The notes: generated by a model from the letters alone, not told the origin. A DNA stretch of 64,000 bases from Luteimonas sp. (GCA_045810015.1 JBJMWR010000024.1:48174-112173), one strand, 5' to 3'; shown: positions 1 to 10,093, numbered from the stretch's first letter. Made by a program: numbers and translations.

Positions 1-719
1 TCGACTCCGGCGCGATGGCGCTGTTCGGCGAGAAGTACGGCGAGCGCGTGCGCGTGGTGACGATGGGCGAATCGGTCGAGCTGTGCGGCGGTACGCATGT
101 CGATCGCACCGGACGCATTGGTCTGTTCAAGCTCGTGTCCGAAGGCGGGGTGTCGTCCGGCGTGCGTCGTGTCGAAGCGCTGACGGGGCAGGCTGCGCTC
201 GATCACGTGCGCAGCGACGAAGAACGCATGCGTCAGGCGGCCGGTCTGCTCGGCGGCACCGCCGGCGAAGTGGGCGAGCGACTGCGCGCGCTGCTCGATC
301 GTCAGAAGCAGCTTGAGCGCGAGCTTGAATCGCTCAAGGCCAAGGCCGCCAGCGGCGCGACCGCGGACCTCGGCGCGTCTGCGATCGATGTCGACGGCAT
401 CAAGGTTGTCGCCGCGCGTATCGAAGGCCTCGACGCCAAGGCGCTGCGCGACGCAGTGGATCGCCTCAAGCAGCAGCTCGGTGATGTCGTGGTGCTGCTG
501 GCCGGCACGAGTGACGGCAAGGCCGCGCTGGTGGCCGGCGTCGGTGGCGCCGCGACCGGTCGCGTCAAAGCGGGCGAGCTGCTGTCGCATGTCGTGGCGA
601 AGACCGGCGGCAAGGGCGGCGGGCGACCCGACATGGCACAGGGCGGCGGCGAAGATGGTCCGGCGCTGCTCGCGGCGCTCGGCGAAGTCCGCCAGTGGGT
701 CGCGGAACGCCTCGGCTAA
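1..719 (+). CDS. alaS: alanine--tRNA ligase, C-terminal part (5' end outside window)
   Basis: ORF 15..719 (..[45 protein letters not shown]..) is the AlaRS editing/C-terminal region. The frame stays open to position 1, and csrA and tRNA-Ser follow as in E. coli. Confidence 0.9.
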   Translation, partial: DSGAMALFGEKYGERVRVVTMGESVELCGGTHVDRTGRIGLFKLVSEGGVSSGVRRVEALTGQAALDHVRSDEERMRQAAGLLGGTAGEVGERLRALLDRQKQLERELESLKAKAASGATADLGASAIDVDGIKVVAARIEGLDAKALRDAVDRLKQQLGDVVVLLAGTSDGKAALVAGVGGAATGRVKAGELLSHVVAKTGGKGGGRPDMAQGGGEDGPALLAALGEVRQWVAERLG

Positions 720-876
720 GCGGGCGCTAAACGCCCGTCCCCGGTTGTTGACCGGCCGCCCGGCAGGGGACATGCTTCACGGCCTAACGAGGTCTGTAAT
801 CGGTTTCCAAGGTCGAGAACGGTCCGAATACAGTCCACGCCGGCGCGTCGAAACGGGCCGGTTCCAGGAGATTGCT

Positions 877-1083
877 ATGCTGATTTTGACCCGCCGCGTC
901 GGGGAGACGCTGATGATTGGTGACCAGGTGTCGGTCACCGTGTTGGGCGTCAAGGGCAACCAGGTGCGCATCGGTATCACCGCACCCAAGGACGTCGCCG
1001 TGCACCGCGAGGAGATCTATCAGCGTATCCATCGCGAAGGCGATGGTGCCGAAGCGCAAGAAGATTTGCCGCAGACGCCCTGA
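877..1083 (+). CDS. csrA: carbon storage regulator CsrA/RsmA
   Basis: [43 protein letters not shown] is the canonical CsrA sequence. The ATG at 877 is preceded by CCAGGAG. Confidence 0.95.
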   Translation: MLILTRRVGETLMIGDQVSVTVLGVKGNQVRIGITAPKDVAVHREEIYQRIHREGDGAEAQEDLPQTP

Positions 1084-1133
1084 GCCGTTATCCTTCGCAC
1101 CGCGTTCGGCGCTTGCGTCGAACGTGTTGCTTC

Positions 1134-1226
1134 GGAGAGTTGCCCGAGTGGCTGAAGGGGCTCCCCTGCTAAGGGAGTATGGGGCTTAAAACTCCATCGA
1201 GGGTTCGAATCCCTCACTCTCCGCCA
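1134..1226 (+). tRNA. tRNA-Ser (anticodon GCU), long variable arm, encoded CCA
   Basis: Acceptor GGAGAGT/ACTCTCC, anticodon stem CTCCC/GGGAG with loop CT-GCT-AA, T arm GAGGG-TTCGAAT-CCCTC. Folded by hand. Confidence 0.9.
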
Positions 1227-1283
1227 CTGCTCGAATTCGATCGGATTTCCCGGGAAATCGCAGAGAAAAATTCTTGATAGTGG

Positions 1284-1312
1284 TTGACGAAGCAAACGTT
1301 TTGCTAGAAAAT
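1284..1312 (+). promoter_or_regulatory. candidate sigma70 promoter for tRNA-Arg
   Basis: TTGACG (1284-1289), then 15-17 nt of spacer to TAGAAA/GAAAAT (1305-1312), about 17-20 nt before the tRNA 5' end. Located in an AT-rich spacer. Confidence 0.35.
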
Positions 1313-1328
1313 TCCGCTTCTGTTCAAG

Positions 1329-1405
1329 GCGCCCGTAGCTCAGTTGGATAGAGCACCAGGCTACGAACTTGGGGGTCGGAGGTTCGAATCCTTCCGGGCG
1401 CACCA
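1329..1405 (+). tRNA. tRNA-Arg (anticodon ACG), encoded CCA
   Basis: Acceptor GCGCCCG/CGGGCGC, D arm TAGCTCAGTTGGATAGAGC, anticodon loop CT-ACG-AA, T arm GGAGG-TTCGAAT-CCTTC. Confidence 0.92.
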
Positions 1406-1418
1406 GAACAACGAAGAG

Positions 1419-1444
1419 GCCAGCGAGCGATCGCTGGCTTTTTT
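1419..1444 (+). terminator. intrinsic terminator after the tRNA pair
   Basis: GCCAGCGA-GCGA-TCGCTGGC (8-bp stem) followed by TTTTTT. Confidence 0.8.
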
Positions 1445-1930
1445 GTTGCGCGCGTGTTTTTGCAGGGGCGTTTGCGACGGTTTCGATGAATCACGCATCG
1501 CCGCGGTGCATTTACATAACAGATGTCGCGCTGCGCATCGGCTGGCGATTCTCGCGGCGAAACCCCGCATCTTGATGACTTGGATTGCGCGTCGTGAACG
1601 ACGCTCCAGTCGGCGCGTGCCCAGCGTGGGTAGATTCGCGCGCAACGTCGCAGGCTGCCGCGCGATCGCATCTCGGATCGTCGTGTTAGACACGTGCTGA
1701 TGGAGGCCGCCCGATGCGAAGTGGGACAGCTCGCCGGAAAGGCACTTCAGGAAACTGCGACTGCATGCGCAACGCCATCCAACAGCGCGACGCGATCGAC
1801 CAGCTCACGTCATCCCCGCGCAGACGCAACGTGCTTTACAACAGCCCGACGGGCGGGTCATCCATGGGCCCCGCGCTTACGACAGGACATCTCCGGACGT
1901 GGCCGATCCCGGTCGCGCCGCAGCGACGCA

Positions 1931-3220
1931 CTAGAGCCGCGCGTCCACCGCGTCGGCGGGCAGCACGGCTTTGACGTCGAACAGCACCGCGCCCGGCTTG
2001 CCGAAGGCGCGCAGGCCGTCGACGCCGAGTTCGCGGAACTGGGTGTGTGCGACCGCGAGGATGATCGCGTCGTAAGCGCCCGTCTCCGGCGTGCCGATCG
2101 GCGTGAGTCCGTATTCGTGCTGCGCATAGGCCGCCGCGACCCACGGGTCGTGCACGTCGACTTCGATGCTGTAGCTCTGCAGTTCGCGCACCACATCGAT
2201 CACGCGCGTGTTGCGCAGGTCGGGGCAGTTCTCCTTGAACGCGAGGCCCATCACGAGCACGCGCGCGCCGGCGGTCTGGATGCCGCGCTGCTGCATCAGC
2301 TTCACCACGCGCTGGGCGACGTGCAGGCCCATGCTGTCGTTGATGCGACGGCCGGCGAGGATCACTTCGGGGTGGTAACCGATCTCCTGCGCCTTGTGCG
2401 TCAGGTAATACGGATCGACGCCGATGCAGTGGCCGCCGACCAGGCCCGGTCGGAACGGCAGGAAGTTCCATTTCGTGCCCGCGGCTTCGAGCACTTCGTG
2501 CGTATCGATGCCGAGACGATCGAAGATCAGCGCGAGCTCGTTGACCAGGGCGATGTTGACGTCGCGCTGGGTGTTTTCGATGACCTTTGCCGCTTCGGCC
2601 ACGCGGATGCTCGACACGCGATGCGTGCCGGCTTCGACGATGTCGCGATACAGCGAGTCGACGAAACCTGCTGCCGCATCGCTGGAACCGGCGGTGACCT
2701 TGAGCGTGTTCTCAAGGCGGTGCTGCTTGTCGCCGGGATTGATGCGCTCGGGGCTGTAGCCGACGTGGAAGTCGTCGCGATACCGCAGGCCGGAAGCGGC
2801 TTCTAGGATCGGCACGCAGATCTCTTCCGTCGCGCCCGGATACACGGTCGACTCGTAGATCACCACGCCACCGCGCTGCAGGGCGGCGCCGACCGCGCGA
2901 CTCGAAGCTTCCAGTGCCGACAGGTCGGGCCGCTTGTAGGCATCGACCGGCGTCGGCACGGTCACGATGTGTACGTTGCAGCCTGCGAGATCGGCCGCGT
3001 CCGCGCTGTAGCGCAGATGCGCGGCCTCGCGAAGTTCGTCGGTCGACAGCTCGCGGGTGTGGTCGTCGCCACGCTGCAGGCCTGTCACACGCGTCTGGTC
3101 GATGTCGAAACCCAGCGTCGCGTGGCGGCGCCCGAATGCGACCGCGAGCGGCAGGCCCACGTAGCCGAGGCCGATGACGGCGATGCGGATGTCGTCGCGT
3201 GCGGGCAGCGGTGCGGTCAT
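1931..3220 (-). CDS. nucleotide-sugar dehydrogenase (UDP-glucose/GDP-mannose dehydrogenase family, TviB/WbpO/CapL-like)
   Basis: Rossmann motif [17 protein letters not shown] and catalytic-Cys region [15 protein letters not shown]. Start set at ATG 3220 ([10 protein letters not shown]..) rather than the longest ORF start at 3325. Confidence 0.85.
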   Translation of the reverse strand: MTAPLPARDDIRIAVIGLGYVGLPLAVAFGRRHATLGFDIDQTRVTGLQRGDDHTRELSTDELREAAHLRYSADAADLAGCNVHIVTVPTPVDAYKRPDLSALEASSRAVGAALQRGGVVIYESTVYPGATEEICVPILEAASGLRYRDDFHVGYSPERINPGDKQHRLENTLKVTAGSSDAAAGFVDSLYRDIVEAGTHRVSSIRVAEAAKVIENTQRDVNIALVNELALIFDRLGIDTHEVLEAAGTKWNFLPFRPGLVGGHCIGVDPYYLTHKAQEIGYHPEVILAGRRINDSMGLHVAQRVVKLMQQRGIQTAGARVLVMGLAFKENCPDLRNTRVIDVVRELQSYSIEVDVHDPWVAAAYAQHEYGLTPIGTPETGAYDAIILAVAHTQFRELGVDGLRAFGKPGAVLFDVKAVLPADAVDARL

Positions 3221-3276
3221 GCAGGGAGTCGCTCGTTGGTCAATCGACGCAGTGTAGCGGACGCCCGTAACCGGCC

Positions 3277-4116
3277 TCAGGTGTCGGCGAGCCAGGAGGC
3301 GATCGCACCCGGCGTGCGCATCCACGCGAAATGGTCGGCCTTCGCGCTAAGGCGCGCGGCGTCAAAACCCTCGATTGCGACGTCCACGCTGCCGAGCTTG
3401 CCGAGCAGGAAACGCAGCGACGACGGTGGGCCGAGCCAGTCGTCGCTGAGCCAGGCTGCGCGGACGGGCACATCGACACGCGCCATCGCCACATCGATGT
3501 CGACATCGATGCCGGCCGCCGCATAGCGGCCGCGCAATCCGCTGCGCGTCCAGTCGGCGATCACGCCGCGCGATTCGTTGCCGGCGAAGCGCAGCCGGCG
3601 TCCCGGCAGCACACCGCGCGTGCATGCGAGCCACGCCATGAAGCGGTACAGCGGAGGCAACGCGTAGCGCACGCGCGGCGGAAACGCACGCCAGTAGGGC
3701 GCGCCGCTGGCGATCAGCCATAGCGCGTCGGCTGCATCGGGGTGCAGCGCGAGATGGCAACAGGCGAGCTGACCGCCGAGGCTGTGGCCGCCGATGGCGC
3801 GTGTCGCGCCCGGCACGGCAGCATCCAGCGCCGCTTCGCTGCGCGCGATGTCGGCCAGCAGCTCGCGGTAGCCCCAGTCGTGCGCGCGGCCGGCGCGCAG
3901 GCTGCTCGAGCCGATGCCGCGCCACTCGTGCAGGCCAACGGCGATGCCGTGCGCAGCCAGCGCGTCGGCGAAGGGCAGGTAATGCTTTGCCGGCACGCCC
4001 ATCGCCGGCAGCCACAACAGCCGGCGCGTCGGCGCATCGGGCACGCGCATGATCAGTTCGAAGCGATGGCCGTCACTGCTGTCGATCGGTTCGACGCGGG
4101 CGGCTGCGGTACTCAC
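3277..4116 (-). CDS. alpha/beta-fold hydrolase
   Basis: Nucleophile elbow IGGHSLGG. Start proposed at GTG 4116, which overlaps the thiD stop (GTGA). The longest ORF start (4218) would overlap thiD by about 100 nt. Confidence 0.7.
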   Translation of the reverse strand: MSTAAARVEPIDSSDGHRFELIMRVPDAPTRRLLWLPAMGVPAKHYLPFADALAAHGIAVGLHEWRGIGSSSLRAGRAHDWGYRELLADIARSEAALDAAVPGATRAIGGHSLGGQLACCHLALHPDAADALWLIASGAPYWRAFPPRVRYALPPLYRFMAWLACTRGVLPGRRLRFAGNESRGVIADWTRSGLRGRYAAAGIDVDIDVAMARVDVPVRAAWLSDDWLGPPSSLRFLLGKLGSVDVAIEGFDAARLSAKADHFAWMRTPGAIASWLADT

Positions 4117-4928
4117 GACGCGAGCGGGCCCAGATGGCCGAGCACGCTGACCGCACTGCGTCCAGGGCGATACGCGTCGCGCATTGCGCGGTGCACGTAG
4201 TCGATGCCAGCGCGGCATGCAGTCGCGGCGTCGTCGCCCAGCGCGAGGCGTGCGGCGATCGCCGACGACAGCGTGCAGCCGGTGCCGTGGCCGTCGATAT
4301 CGAGCCGCGGCGCGCGATGCGCGAATGCCGTGTCTGCATCGGCGTAGCGATCCACGACCTCGTCGCCCTCGTCGAGATGGCCGCCCTTGAGCAGCACGCC
4401 TTGCGCACCGAGTGCGCGCAGCGCCGCGAGTGCGGCTTCGGCGTCGGCGCCGGCCGCGATGCGGCGGCCGAGCAGCAGCTCGGCTTCCGGCAGATTCGGT
4501 GTCAGCACGCGAGCGCGTGGAATCAAACGTGTGCGCAATGCGCCGAGCGCGTCGTCATCGAGCAGCTTCGCGCCCGAGGTCGCGATCATCACCGGGTCCA
4601 GCACCACCGGCACGTCGGGAAACATCGCCAGCGCGTCGGCCACGGCGTCGACGATCTCCGCGGTCGCGAGCATGCCGATCTTCACCGCACGCACGTCGAA
4701 GTCGTCGAAGCAGGCATCGATCTGCGCGCGCAGGAACGCGGGCGGAGGCGCGTGCACGGCGGTGACGCCGCGGGTGTGCTGCGCGGTCAACGCGGCGATC
4801 GCGGACAGGCCGTGCACGCCGTGCGCGGCGAAGGTCTTAAGGTCGGCCTGGATGCCGGCGCCACCGCCGGAATCGGAACCGGCGATCGTGAGCACGGAAG
4901 GCGGGCGGGGCGCGGACGGATCGGTCAT
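4113..4928 (-). CDS. thiD: hydroxymethylpyrimidine/phosphomethylpyrimidine kinase
   Basis: [22 protein letters not shown].. and ..[12 protein letters not shown] are typical ThiD motifs. Start at ATG 4928 (MTDPSAP..). Confidence 0.9.
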   Translation of the reverse strand: MTDPSAPRPPSVLTIAGSDSGGGAGIQADLKTFAAHGVHGLSAIAALTAQHTRGVTAVHAPPPAFLRAQIDACFDDFDVRAVKIGMLATAEIVDAVADALAMFPDVPVVLDPVMIATSGAKLLDDDALGALRTRLIPRARVLTPNLPEAELLLGRRIAAGADAEAALAALRALGAQGVLLKGGHLDEGDEVVDRYADADTAFAHRAPRLDIDGHGTGCTLSSAIAARLALGDDAATACRAGIDYVHRAMRDAYRPGRSAVSVLGHLGPLAS

Positions 4929-4976
4929 GCGCACATTGTGCAACAGCGCCCGGCGCGGAATGCAGCGCGCACGCAT

Positions 4977-5002
4977 CGACCGGCCGCGTGTGCGGCCGGT
5001 CG
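4977..5002 (-). terminator. GC-rich hairpin downstream of the phoH-like gene (no clear U tract)
   Basis: Minus strand reads CGACCGGCCGC-ACAC-GCGGCCGGTCG (11-bp stem), 8 nt after the stop at 5010. The trailing sequence is not T-rich. Confidence 0.4.
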
Positions 5003-5009
5003 TGCGGTG

Positions 5010-6413
5010 TCAGAGCACTTCGGAGGCGAAGTCCGCCAGGCGCGAACGCTCGCCCCGACGCAGCGTCACGTGCGCGCTGTGCGCCCAGTTCTTGAAGCGG
5101 TCGACCGCGTAGGTCAGACCCGATGTCGTCTCGGTGAGATAGGGCGTGTCGATCTGTTCGACGTTGCCCAGACACACGATCTTCGTGCCGGGACCGGCGC
5201 GGGTGATCAGCGTCTTCATCTGCTTGGGCGTGAGGTTCTGCGCCTCGTCGAGGATCAGATACCGCGACAGGAACGTGCGCCCGCGCATGAAGTTCATCGA
5301 GCGGATCTTGATGCGCGAAGCCAGCAGATCGTTGGTCGCAGCGCGTCCCCAGCTGCCGCCTTCCTGGTTGTGCGTCAGCACTTCGAGGTTGTCGGTCAGC
5401 GCACCCATCCACGGCGTCATCTTTTCCTCTTCCGTGCCGGGCAGGAAGCCGATGTCCTCGCCGACGCTGACCGTCGCGCGGGTCATGATGATCTCGCGGT
5501 AGCGCTGCTGGTCCATCGTCTGCGCCAGCCCTGCGGCAAGTGCGAGCAGCGTCTTGCCGGTACCGGCAGTGCCGAGCAGCGTGACGAAGTCGACCTCCGG
5601 ATCCATCAGGGCGTTGAGCGCGAAGTTCTGCTCGCGGTTGCGCGCATTGATGCCCCAGACCGCGTGCTGGCTGTGGCGGAAGTCGTCGACGATCTGCAGC
5701 GTCGCGCGGCCGTCTTCCACCCGGGTCACGCGGAATTCGGATTCCTCGTCGCCCGGCAGGTACAGGAACTGGTTCGCGTACCAGCCGTCTTCCTCCGACA
5801 CCGAGAGGTCGTAATACGTGCGGCCCTTGTCGGTCCACGAGCGCAGGTCCTTGCCGTGGATCGTCCAGAAATCCGCCGGCAACGCGGTTGCGCCGGTGTA
5901 GAGCAGGCTGAAATCGTCGAGCGCCCGGTCGTTCTCGTAATCCTCGTTCGGGATGCCGGCGATCGCGGCCTTGATCCGCAGGTTGATGTCCTTGGAGACG
6001 AACACCACCGGGTAATCCGGCTCGGTACGTACCAGGTCGAGGATTGCGCCGAGGATCCGGTTGTCGGGTGCGGCCGCGCCAAACGAGGTCGGATCTTCGC
6101 TGGGCGTCGTGGTCTGGAACCGCAGCTTGCCGACGCTCTGCGCGCCACGCAGTTGCAGACCCTGCGGACGCAGCAACGGCAGGCCGGTCGCGATCTGGTC
6201 GCTGCCCGCCGCTTCGATCAGTTCATTGAGGAACCGGCTGACCTGCCGCGCATTTCGGCTGGCCTCGGTAGTGCCTTTCTTGCCGTTGTCGAGTTCTTCG
6301 ATCACCTGCATCGGCAGGTAGACATCGTGCTCCTCGAACTTGAACAGCGCCGTGGGATCGTGCATGAGCACGTTGGTGTCGAGAACGTAGACGCGCTTGC
6401 CTTTGGTCATCAT
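5010..6413 (-). CDS. PIN-domain/PhoH-like ATPase fusion protein (PhoH2/YlaK type)
   Basis: N-terminal PIN ([19 protein letters not shown]) is fused to PhoH Walker A ([17 protein letters not shown]) and Walker B ([12 protein letters not shown]). Start at MMTKGK (6413). Confidence 0.88.
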   Translation of the reverse strand: MMTKGKRVYVLDTNVLMHDPTALFKFEEHDVYLPMQVIEELDNGKKGTTEASRNARQVSRFLNELIEAAGSDQIATGLPLLRPQGLQLRGAQSVGKLRFQTTTPSEDPTSFGAAAPDNRILGAILDLVRTEPDYPVVFVSKDINLRIKAAIAGIPNEDYENDRALDDFSLLYTGATALPADFWTIHGKDLRSWTDKGRTYYDLSVSEEDGWYANQFLYLPGDEESEFRVTRVEDGRATLQIVDDFRHSQHAVWGINARNREQNFALNALMDPEVDFVTLLGTAGTGKTLLALAAGLAQTMDQQRYREIIMTRATVSVGEDIGFLPGTEEEKMTPWMGALTDNLEVLTHNQEGGSWGRAATNDLLASRIKIRSMNFMRGRTFLSRYLILDEAQNLTPKQMKTLITRAGPGTKIVCLGNVEQIDTPYLTETTSGLTYAVDRFKNWAHSAHVTLRRGERSRLADFASEVL

Positions 6414-6534
6414 CGGAGTGTCGGCGTTCCGTGTTGAAAAGGGATGACGGGAGTGGAGCTTTCGTTGCACACGCACGGCCGCGCCGCCGTGACCCGCGAT
6501 GCGGGACGGCGAGTGGCACGTTCGGAAGTGGCCG

Positions 6535-7017
6535 TCACTGCGACTGCGCAGCCTGCAGTAAGTCGAGTACGGCCTGCGCATGGCCCGGCACGCGGACCTT
6601 GCGCCACTCGGCCGCGACGCGACCGTCGGGATCGATCAGGAACGTGCTGCGCTCGATGCCCAGCACGGTCCGGCCATACATGTTCTTCTCGCGGGTCACG
6701 TCGAACGCGCGACACAAGGCTTCGTCCGCATCGCTGACCAGCGGAAACGCGAAACCCTGCTTGGCGCAGAAGTTGTCATGCGATTTCACCGAGTCGCGCG
6801 ACACGCCCAGCACGTCGGCGTCGAGCGCCTGGAACTGCGGCAACAGCGCGCTGAAATCCAGGCCCTCGGTCGTGCAACCGGGCGTGGAATCCTTCGGGTA
6901 GAAATAAAGGACGAGCCAGCGTCCGGCGTGGTCGGCCAGTGTGGCCTTCGCGCCGCCCGACAGCGCCAGCGGCAGCTGCAGGGTGGCCTTCGCGAGCTTC
7001 TTGCGTGTTCCGCTCAT
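6535..7017 (-). CDS. bcp: thioredoxin-dependent thiol peroxidase (peroxiredoxin Bcp)
   Basis: Active-site region LVLYFYPKDSTPGCTTE. 160 aa from ATG 7017. Lies next to gcvR as in E. coli. Confidence 0.92.
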   Translation of the reverse strand: MSGTRKKLAKATLQLPLALSGGAKATLADHAGRWLVLYFYPKDSTPGCTTEGLDFSALLPQFQALDADVLGVSRDSVKSHDNFCAKQGFAFPLVSDADEALCRAFDVTREKNMYGRTVLGIERSTFLIDPDGRVAAEWRKVRVPGHAQAVLDLLQAAQSQ

Positions 7018-7100
7018 CGTTCGAACGGGCGTTCCATTGCGACGGTCGTGATCACAATGCGCGCGTGTTCCTGCTTTCGCAAGCGTCCGCGCGCATCGGG

Positions 7101-7667
7101 TCAGAACTTCATCGGATCCATGATCGCGTCGAGGTTCAGGTGGTCGCAGAACTCGAGGAAATCGTCGCGCAGCGCAGCGATGTGCATGTTCGCCGGGATG
7201 CCGATCGTGATCTGCGCCGAGAACATGTCGGCGCCCGTCTGCATGGCGCGATAGCGCGAGGAGTGCAGGCTTTCGATCGTGATGCCCTGGCGATCGAAGA
7301 AGTCGGCCAGCTGGAACAGGATGCCGGCCTTGTCGGCGGCGACCACTTCCACCACGTAGGGCAGCAGGTTCGACTGGATCGGCTTCGGGCCCGTGCGATA
7401 CCAAACCAGCTTCAGGTCTTCCTCGCGCTCCAGGCGCGTGAGCATCGCTTCGAGTTTGGCGACCGCATCCCACGGACCGTTTGCCAGTGCCGTGACCGAA
7501 ACGTCCCGCCCCACGGTCGACAGACGCGTGTCGACCATGTTGCAACCGCTGTCGGCGATACGACGCGACACCGACAGCAGCGGCGACGCCGGATGCGTGG
7601 TGTACGCGTTGATCAGCAGGTAATTCTCGTTCGGCGAGGGCCGGGCAGCGGTATCGGATTCGGTCAA
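7101..7667 (-). CDS. gcvR: glycine cleavage system transcriptional repressor-like ACT-domain protein
   Basis: Two ACT-like halves (..[28 protein letters not shown].. and ..[21 protein letters not shown]..). About 188 aa, like E. coli GcvR, with the same bcp-gcvR/dapA neighbourhood. No in-frame ATG, so TTG 7667 is proposed and the start is uncertain. Confidence 0.7.
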   Translation of the reverse strand: MTESDTAARPSPNENYLLINAYTTHPASPLLSVSRRIADSGCNMVDTRLSTVGRDVSVTALANGPWDAVAKLEAMLTRLEREEDLKLVWYRTGPKPIQSNLLPYVVEVVAADKAGILFQLADFFDRQGITIESLHSSRYRAMQTGADMFSAQITIGIPANMHIAALRDDFLEFCDHLNLDAIMDPMKF

Positions 7668-7884
7668 GGGGGCGTCCGCGGCGGAAATCTGTTCGACTGC
7701 GAGGGTCGATGGCGACTGGAGGGTGAACGGCTGTCCGGGCGTAGCCGGATGCGACGGCCAGCATACTTGCCCGCACTTCGTGGCCGCAAGTAACATCGGC
7801 CAGCATTTTCCGGGCCAAACTGCGCGTTTCCCGGCCTCCACGTTTCTCTGCGACCGCGCTTCGGTCGCCCATCGGACTCCCATC

Positions 7885-8787
7885 TTGCGACTTTCAGGCA
7901 GCATCACCGCACTCGCCACCCCCTTTGACGCCACCGGTGCACTCGACCGCGCGGCGTGGAAACGGCTGGTCGAGTGGCAGCTCGCCGCAGGCACGCAGGG
8001 AATCGTGGTCGCTGGCTCGACCGGCGAAGCGGCGACGCTGGAGGACGATGAATACGACTGGCTTGTGCGCAGCGCGGTCGAGCTGGCTGCCGGCCGCGTG
8101 CCCGTGCTCGCCGGCACCGGTCTGTCGGCGACGTCGAAGACGATCGCCGCGACGCAGCGGCTCGCGCAGCTCGGCGCGGACATCGCGCTGGTCGTCGTGC
8201 CGGCGTATGTGCGGCCGACCCAGGCCGGCCTGCTCGCGCACTATCGCGCGGTCGCCAATGCAGGCGGCCTGCCGGTCCTGCTCTACAACGTGCCCGGTCG
8301 CACCGGCACCGACATGCTGCCCGAGACCGTCGCCGAACTGGCGCGGCATCCGCGCATCGTCGGCATCAAGGAAGCGCACAGCGGTGTCGAACGCATGCAG
8401 GCGCTGCTCGCGCTGCAGAGCGAGGATTTCGCGGTGCTCAGTGGCGACGATCCGACCGCCGCGCGCGCGATGCTTGCCGGCGCCGATGGCGTGATCTCGG
8501 TCGTCTCGAACCTGGTGCCGGGCGCGTTCCGCAAGCTGTGCGATCTCGCCCGCAGCGGCCAGGCCGATGCGGCGCACGACTGGGACGCGCGCCTGCAGCC
8601 GCTGCATACGTTCTGCGGTATCGAACCCAACCCCATTCCCGTCAAGGCGGTGCTGAGCAGACAGGGCCTTGGCCATGGCCTGCGTCTGCCTTTGACGACA
8701 CTGGCCCAGGCGCATGATGCGCAGGCCGACGATGCGACGCGACTCGCGGCGGACCTCGAAATGTCCTGCCGTGCCCGCGCCGCCTGA
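7885..8787 (+). CDS. dapA: 4-hydroxy-tetrahydrodipicolinate synthase
   Basis: [33 protein letters not shown] and IVGIKEA (Schiff-base Lys) motifs. No ATG lies near the conserved N-terminus, so TTG 7885 is proposed. Confidence 0.9.
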   Translation: MRLSGSITALATPFDATGALDRAAWKRLVEWQLAAGTQGIVVAGSTGEAATLEDDEYDWLVRSAVELAAGRVPVLAGTGLSATSKTIAATQRLAQLGADIALVVVPAYVRPTQAGLLAHYRAVANAGGLPVLLYNVPGRTGTDMLPETVAELARHPRIVGIKEAHSGVERMQALLALQSEDFAVLSGDDPTAARAMLAGADGVISVVSNLVPGAFRKLCDLARSGQADAAHDWDARLQPLHTFCGIEPNPIPVKAVLSRQGLGHGLRLPLTTLAQAHDAQADDATRLAADLEMSCRARAA

Positions 8788-8806
8788 TTTCCAAGGAGAT
8801 TCCACG

Positions 8807-9319
8807 ATGCGTCCACCCCGTTCCTCCATGCGTTACCTCGCCATTGCCGTCGTCGCGGTCGCAGTCGTGGGCACCAGCGGCTGCCGCTGGTTCAAGAAGG
8901 ACAACGCGCTGTACGCGCAGAGTCCGGAAACCCGTCCGCTCGAAGTGCCGCCGGATCTCGACCGTCCGCGCACCGACGGTGCGATGGCGATGCCGGAAGC
9001 CACCACGTCGGTCACCCGGTCGGGCACGGCAGCAGCGCCGGCCGATTCGAACGTGTCCTTCAGCGCCACCGGTGCGCGCGATGCGGTGTTCGCGCAGGTC
9101 GGCGAAGCGCTGGCCGCGACCGACGGCGTGACCGTCAACAGCCGCTCGCAGGTGCTGGGTACCTACGACGTGTCCTACGCGGGCAGCCAGTTCCTCGTGC
9201 GCGTCGCATCGCAGCAGGGCGGCGCCGTGGTCTCGGCTGTCGATCCGCGCGGCGTGGCCGCGACCGGCGATGCGCCGACGCGTCTGATCGCGGCGCTGCA
9301 GGCGGCGCTGGCGCAGTAA
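8807..9319 (+). CDS. small lipoprotein in the bamC/nlpB position (BamC-like N-terminal motif only)
   Basis: AAGGAG lies 8 nt before ATG 8807. Signal peptide with lipobox VGTSG-C and an LEVPPDLDRP motif. It follows dapA as bamC does in E. coli but is only 170 aa. Confidence 0.6.
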   Translation: MRPPRSSMRYLAIAVVAVAVVGTSGCRWFKKDNALYAQSPETRPLEVPPDLDRPRTDGAMAMPEATTSVTRSGTAAAPADSNVSFSATGARDAVFAQVGEALAATDGVTVNSRSQVLGTYDVSYAGSQFLVRVASQQGGAVVSAVDPRGVAATGDAPTRLIAALQAALAQ

Positions 9320-9371
9320 GGCGGGCAGAGGCGGCGTCCGCAGGTCGGGCGTCGTCGATCACCGGATACGG

Positions 9372-9397
9372 AAACGGGCGCCTCGGCGCCCGTTTTT
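9372..9397. terminator. bidirectional intrinsic terminator between lipoprotein gene and fdxA
   Basis: AAACGGGCGCC-TC-GGCGCCCGTTTTT is a perfect stem flanked by an A run and a T run, placed between convergent genes. Confidence 0.7.
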
Positions 9398-9421
9398 CGT
9401 GTTGCGGATGCGGTGCGCGGA

Positions 9422-9745
9422 TCAGCGCTCCAGCAGCGGCAGCTTGTCCGGCTTGCCTTCCCAGTCCTTCGCGTCGGCCAGGGCGTCCTTGCGCGTGGTG
9501 ATGACCGGCCACGCCTTGGCCAGATCGGCGTTGAGCGCCACGAACGCTTCCTGTCCCGCGGGCACATCGTCCTCGGGGTAGATCGCGTTGATCGGGCATT
9601 CGGGCTCGCACAGCGTGCAGTCGATGCACTCGTCGGGATCGATGACGAGGAAGTTCGGCCCTTCGTGGAAACAGTCCACCGGGCAGACCTCGACGCAGTC
9701 GGTGTACTTGCACTTGATGCAGTTTTCGGTAACGACGAAAGGCAT
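9422..9745 (-). CDS. fdxA: 7Fe ferredoxin (FdxA type)
   Basis: [26 protein letters not shown]...[12 protein letters not shown] shows the classic [3Fe-4S][4Fe-4S] ferredoxin cysteine pattern. Confidence 0.93.
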   Translation of the reverse strand: MPFVVTENCIKCKYTDCVEVCPVDCFHEGPNFLVIDPDECIDCTLCEPECPINAIYPEDDVPAGQEAFVALNADLAKAWPVITTRKDALADAKDWEGKPDKLPLLER

Positions 9746-9892
9746 GGAATTCGGATCGGGCGGGGCGATGACGGGGTGCAGTTTAAGGCAGCGCCCGCGG
9801 CGCCGGTGCGAAGTCTTCGCATTTGTGTAGAGGGGGTGCGTTGCCCTTCACCGTTCCAGGCGGGACGGGGCGGCATCGATCGGCCGGCAGGC

Positions 9893-9958
9893 CCGCATTC
9901 CGGCGGAAGGCCGGCATCGCCATTCCGGGATTCGCTGTCGAATCCCTCACTCGCCCAC
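9893..9958. repeat. REP-like structured intergenic element containing a tRNA-Ser 3'-end-like 15-mer
   Basis: CATTCCGG occurs twice. Hairpin GGGATTCG-CTGT-CGAATCCC at 9927-9946. TCGAATCCCTCACTC (9938-9952) is identical to 1205-1219 of tRNA-Ser. Confidence 0.4.
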
Positions 9959-10017
9959 CCGCCGCCGCCGCAACGCAGAAGGCCCACGCCGGACGGCATG
10001 GGCCTTCTGATTTGAAG

Positions 10018-10093
10018 TGGTGCTCCCTACGGGATTCGAACCCGTGTTTTAGCCTTGAGAGGGCCACGTCCTGGGCCTCTAGACGAAGGGAGC
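10018..10093 (-). tRNA. tRNA-Glu (anticodon CUC), encoded CCA
   Basis: The reverse complement GCTCCCT-TC-GTC-TAGAGGCCCAG-GAC-G-TGGCC-CTCTCAA-GGCTA-AAAC-ACGGG-TTCGAAT-CCCGT-AGGGAGC-A-CCA aligns arm-for-arm with E. coli tRNA-Glu. Confidence 0.85.

Noticed and set aside
4929-5009. TPP riboswitch expected upstream of thiD.
   Set aside because: Only 80 nt are available. They contain just the phoH-side hairpin and none of the conserved THI-box sequence.
4134-6437. 767-aa ORF on the plus strand, plus similar giants at 20240..23071 (-, 943 aa), 47985..50297 (-, 770 aa), 10208..11887 (-), 55499..57166 (-) and 27254..28588 (+).
   Set aside because: Each lies antisense to, or out of frame with, a gene carrying unmistakable conserved motifs (thiD/phoH, mutL, fimV, pcnB, glmM, the receptor). 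Their translations are Arg/Ala/Gly/Pro-rich low-complexity strings, typical of stop-codon-poor alternative frames in high-GC DNA.
9980-10009. Hairpin GAAGGCCCA...TGGGCCTTC immediately 3' of tRNA-Glu, considered as its terminator.
   Set aside because: On the tRNA (minus) strand the stem is not followed by a U tract. The plus-strand trailing sequence TGATTTGA is only weakly T-rich. The evidence is too ambiguous to call.
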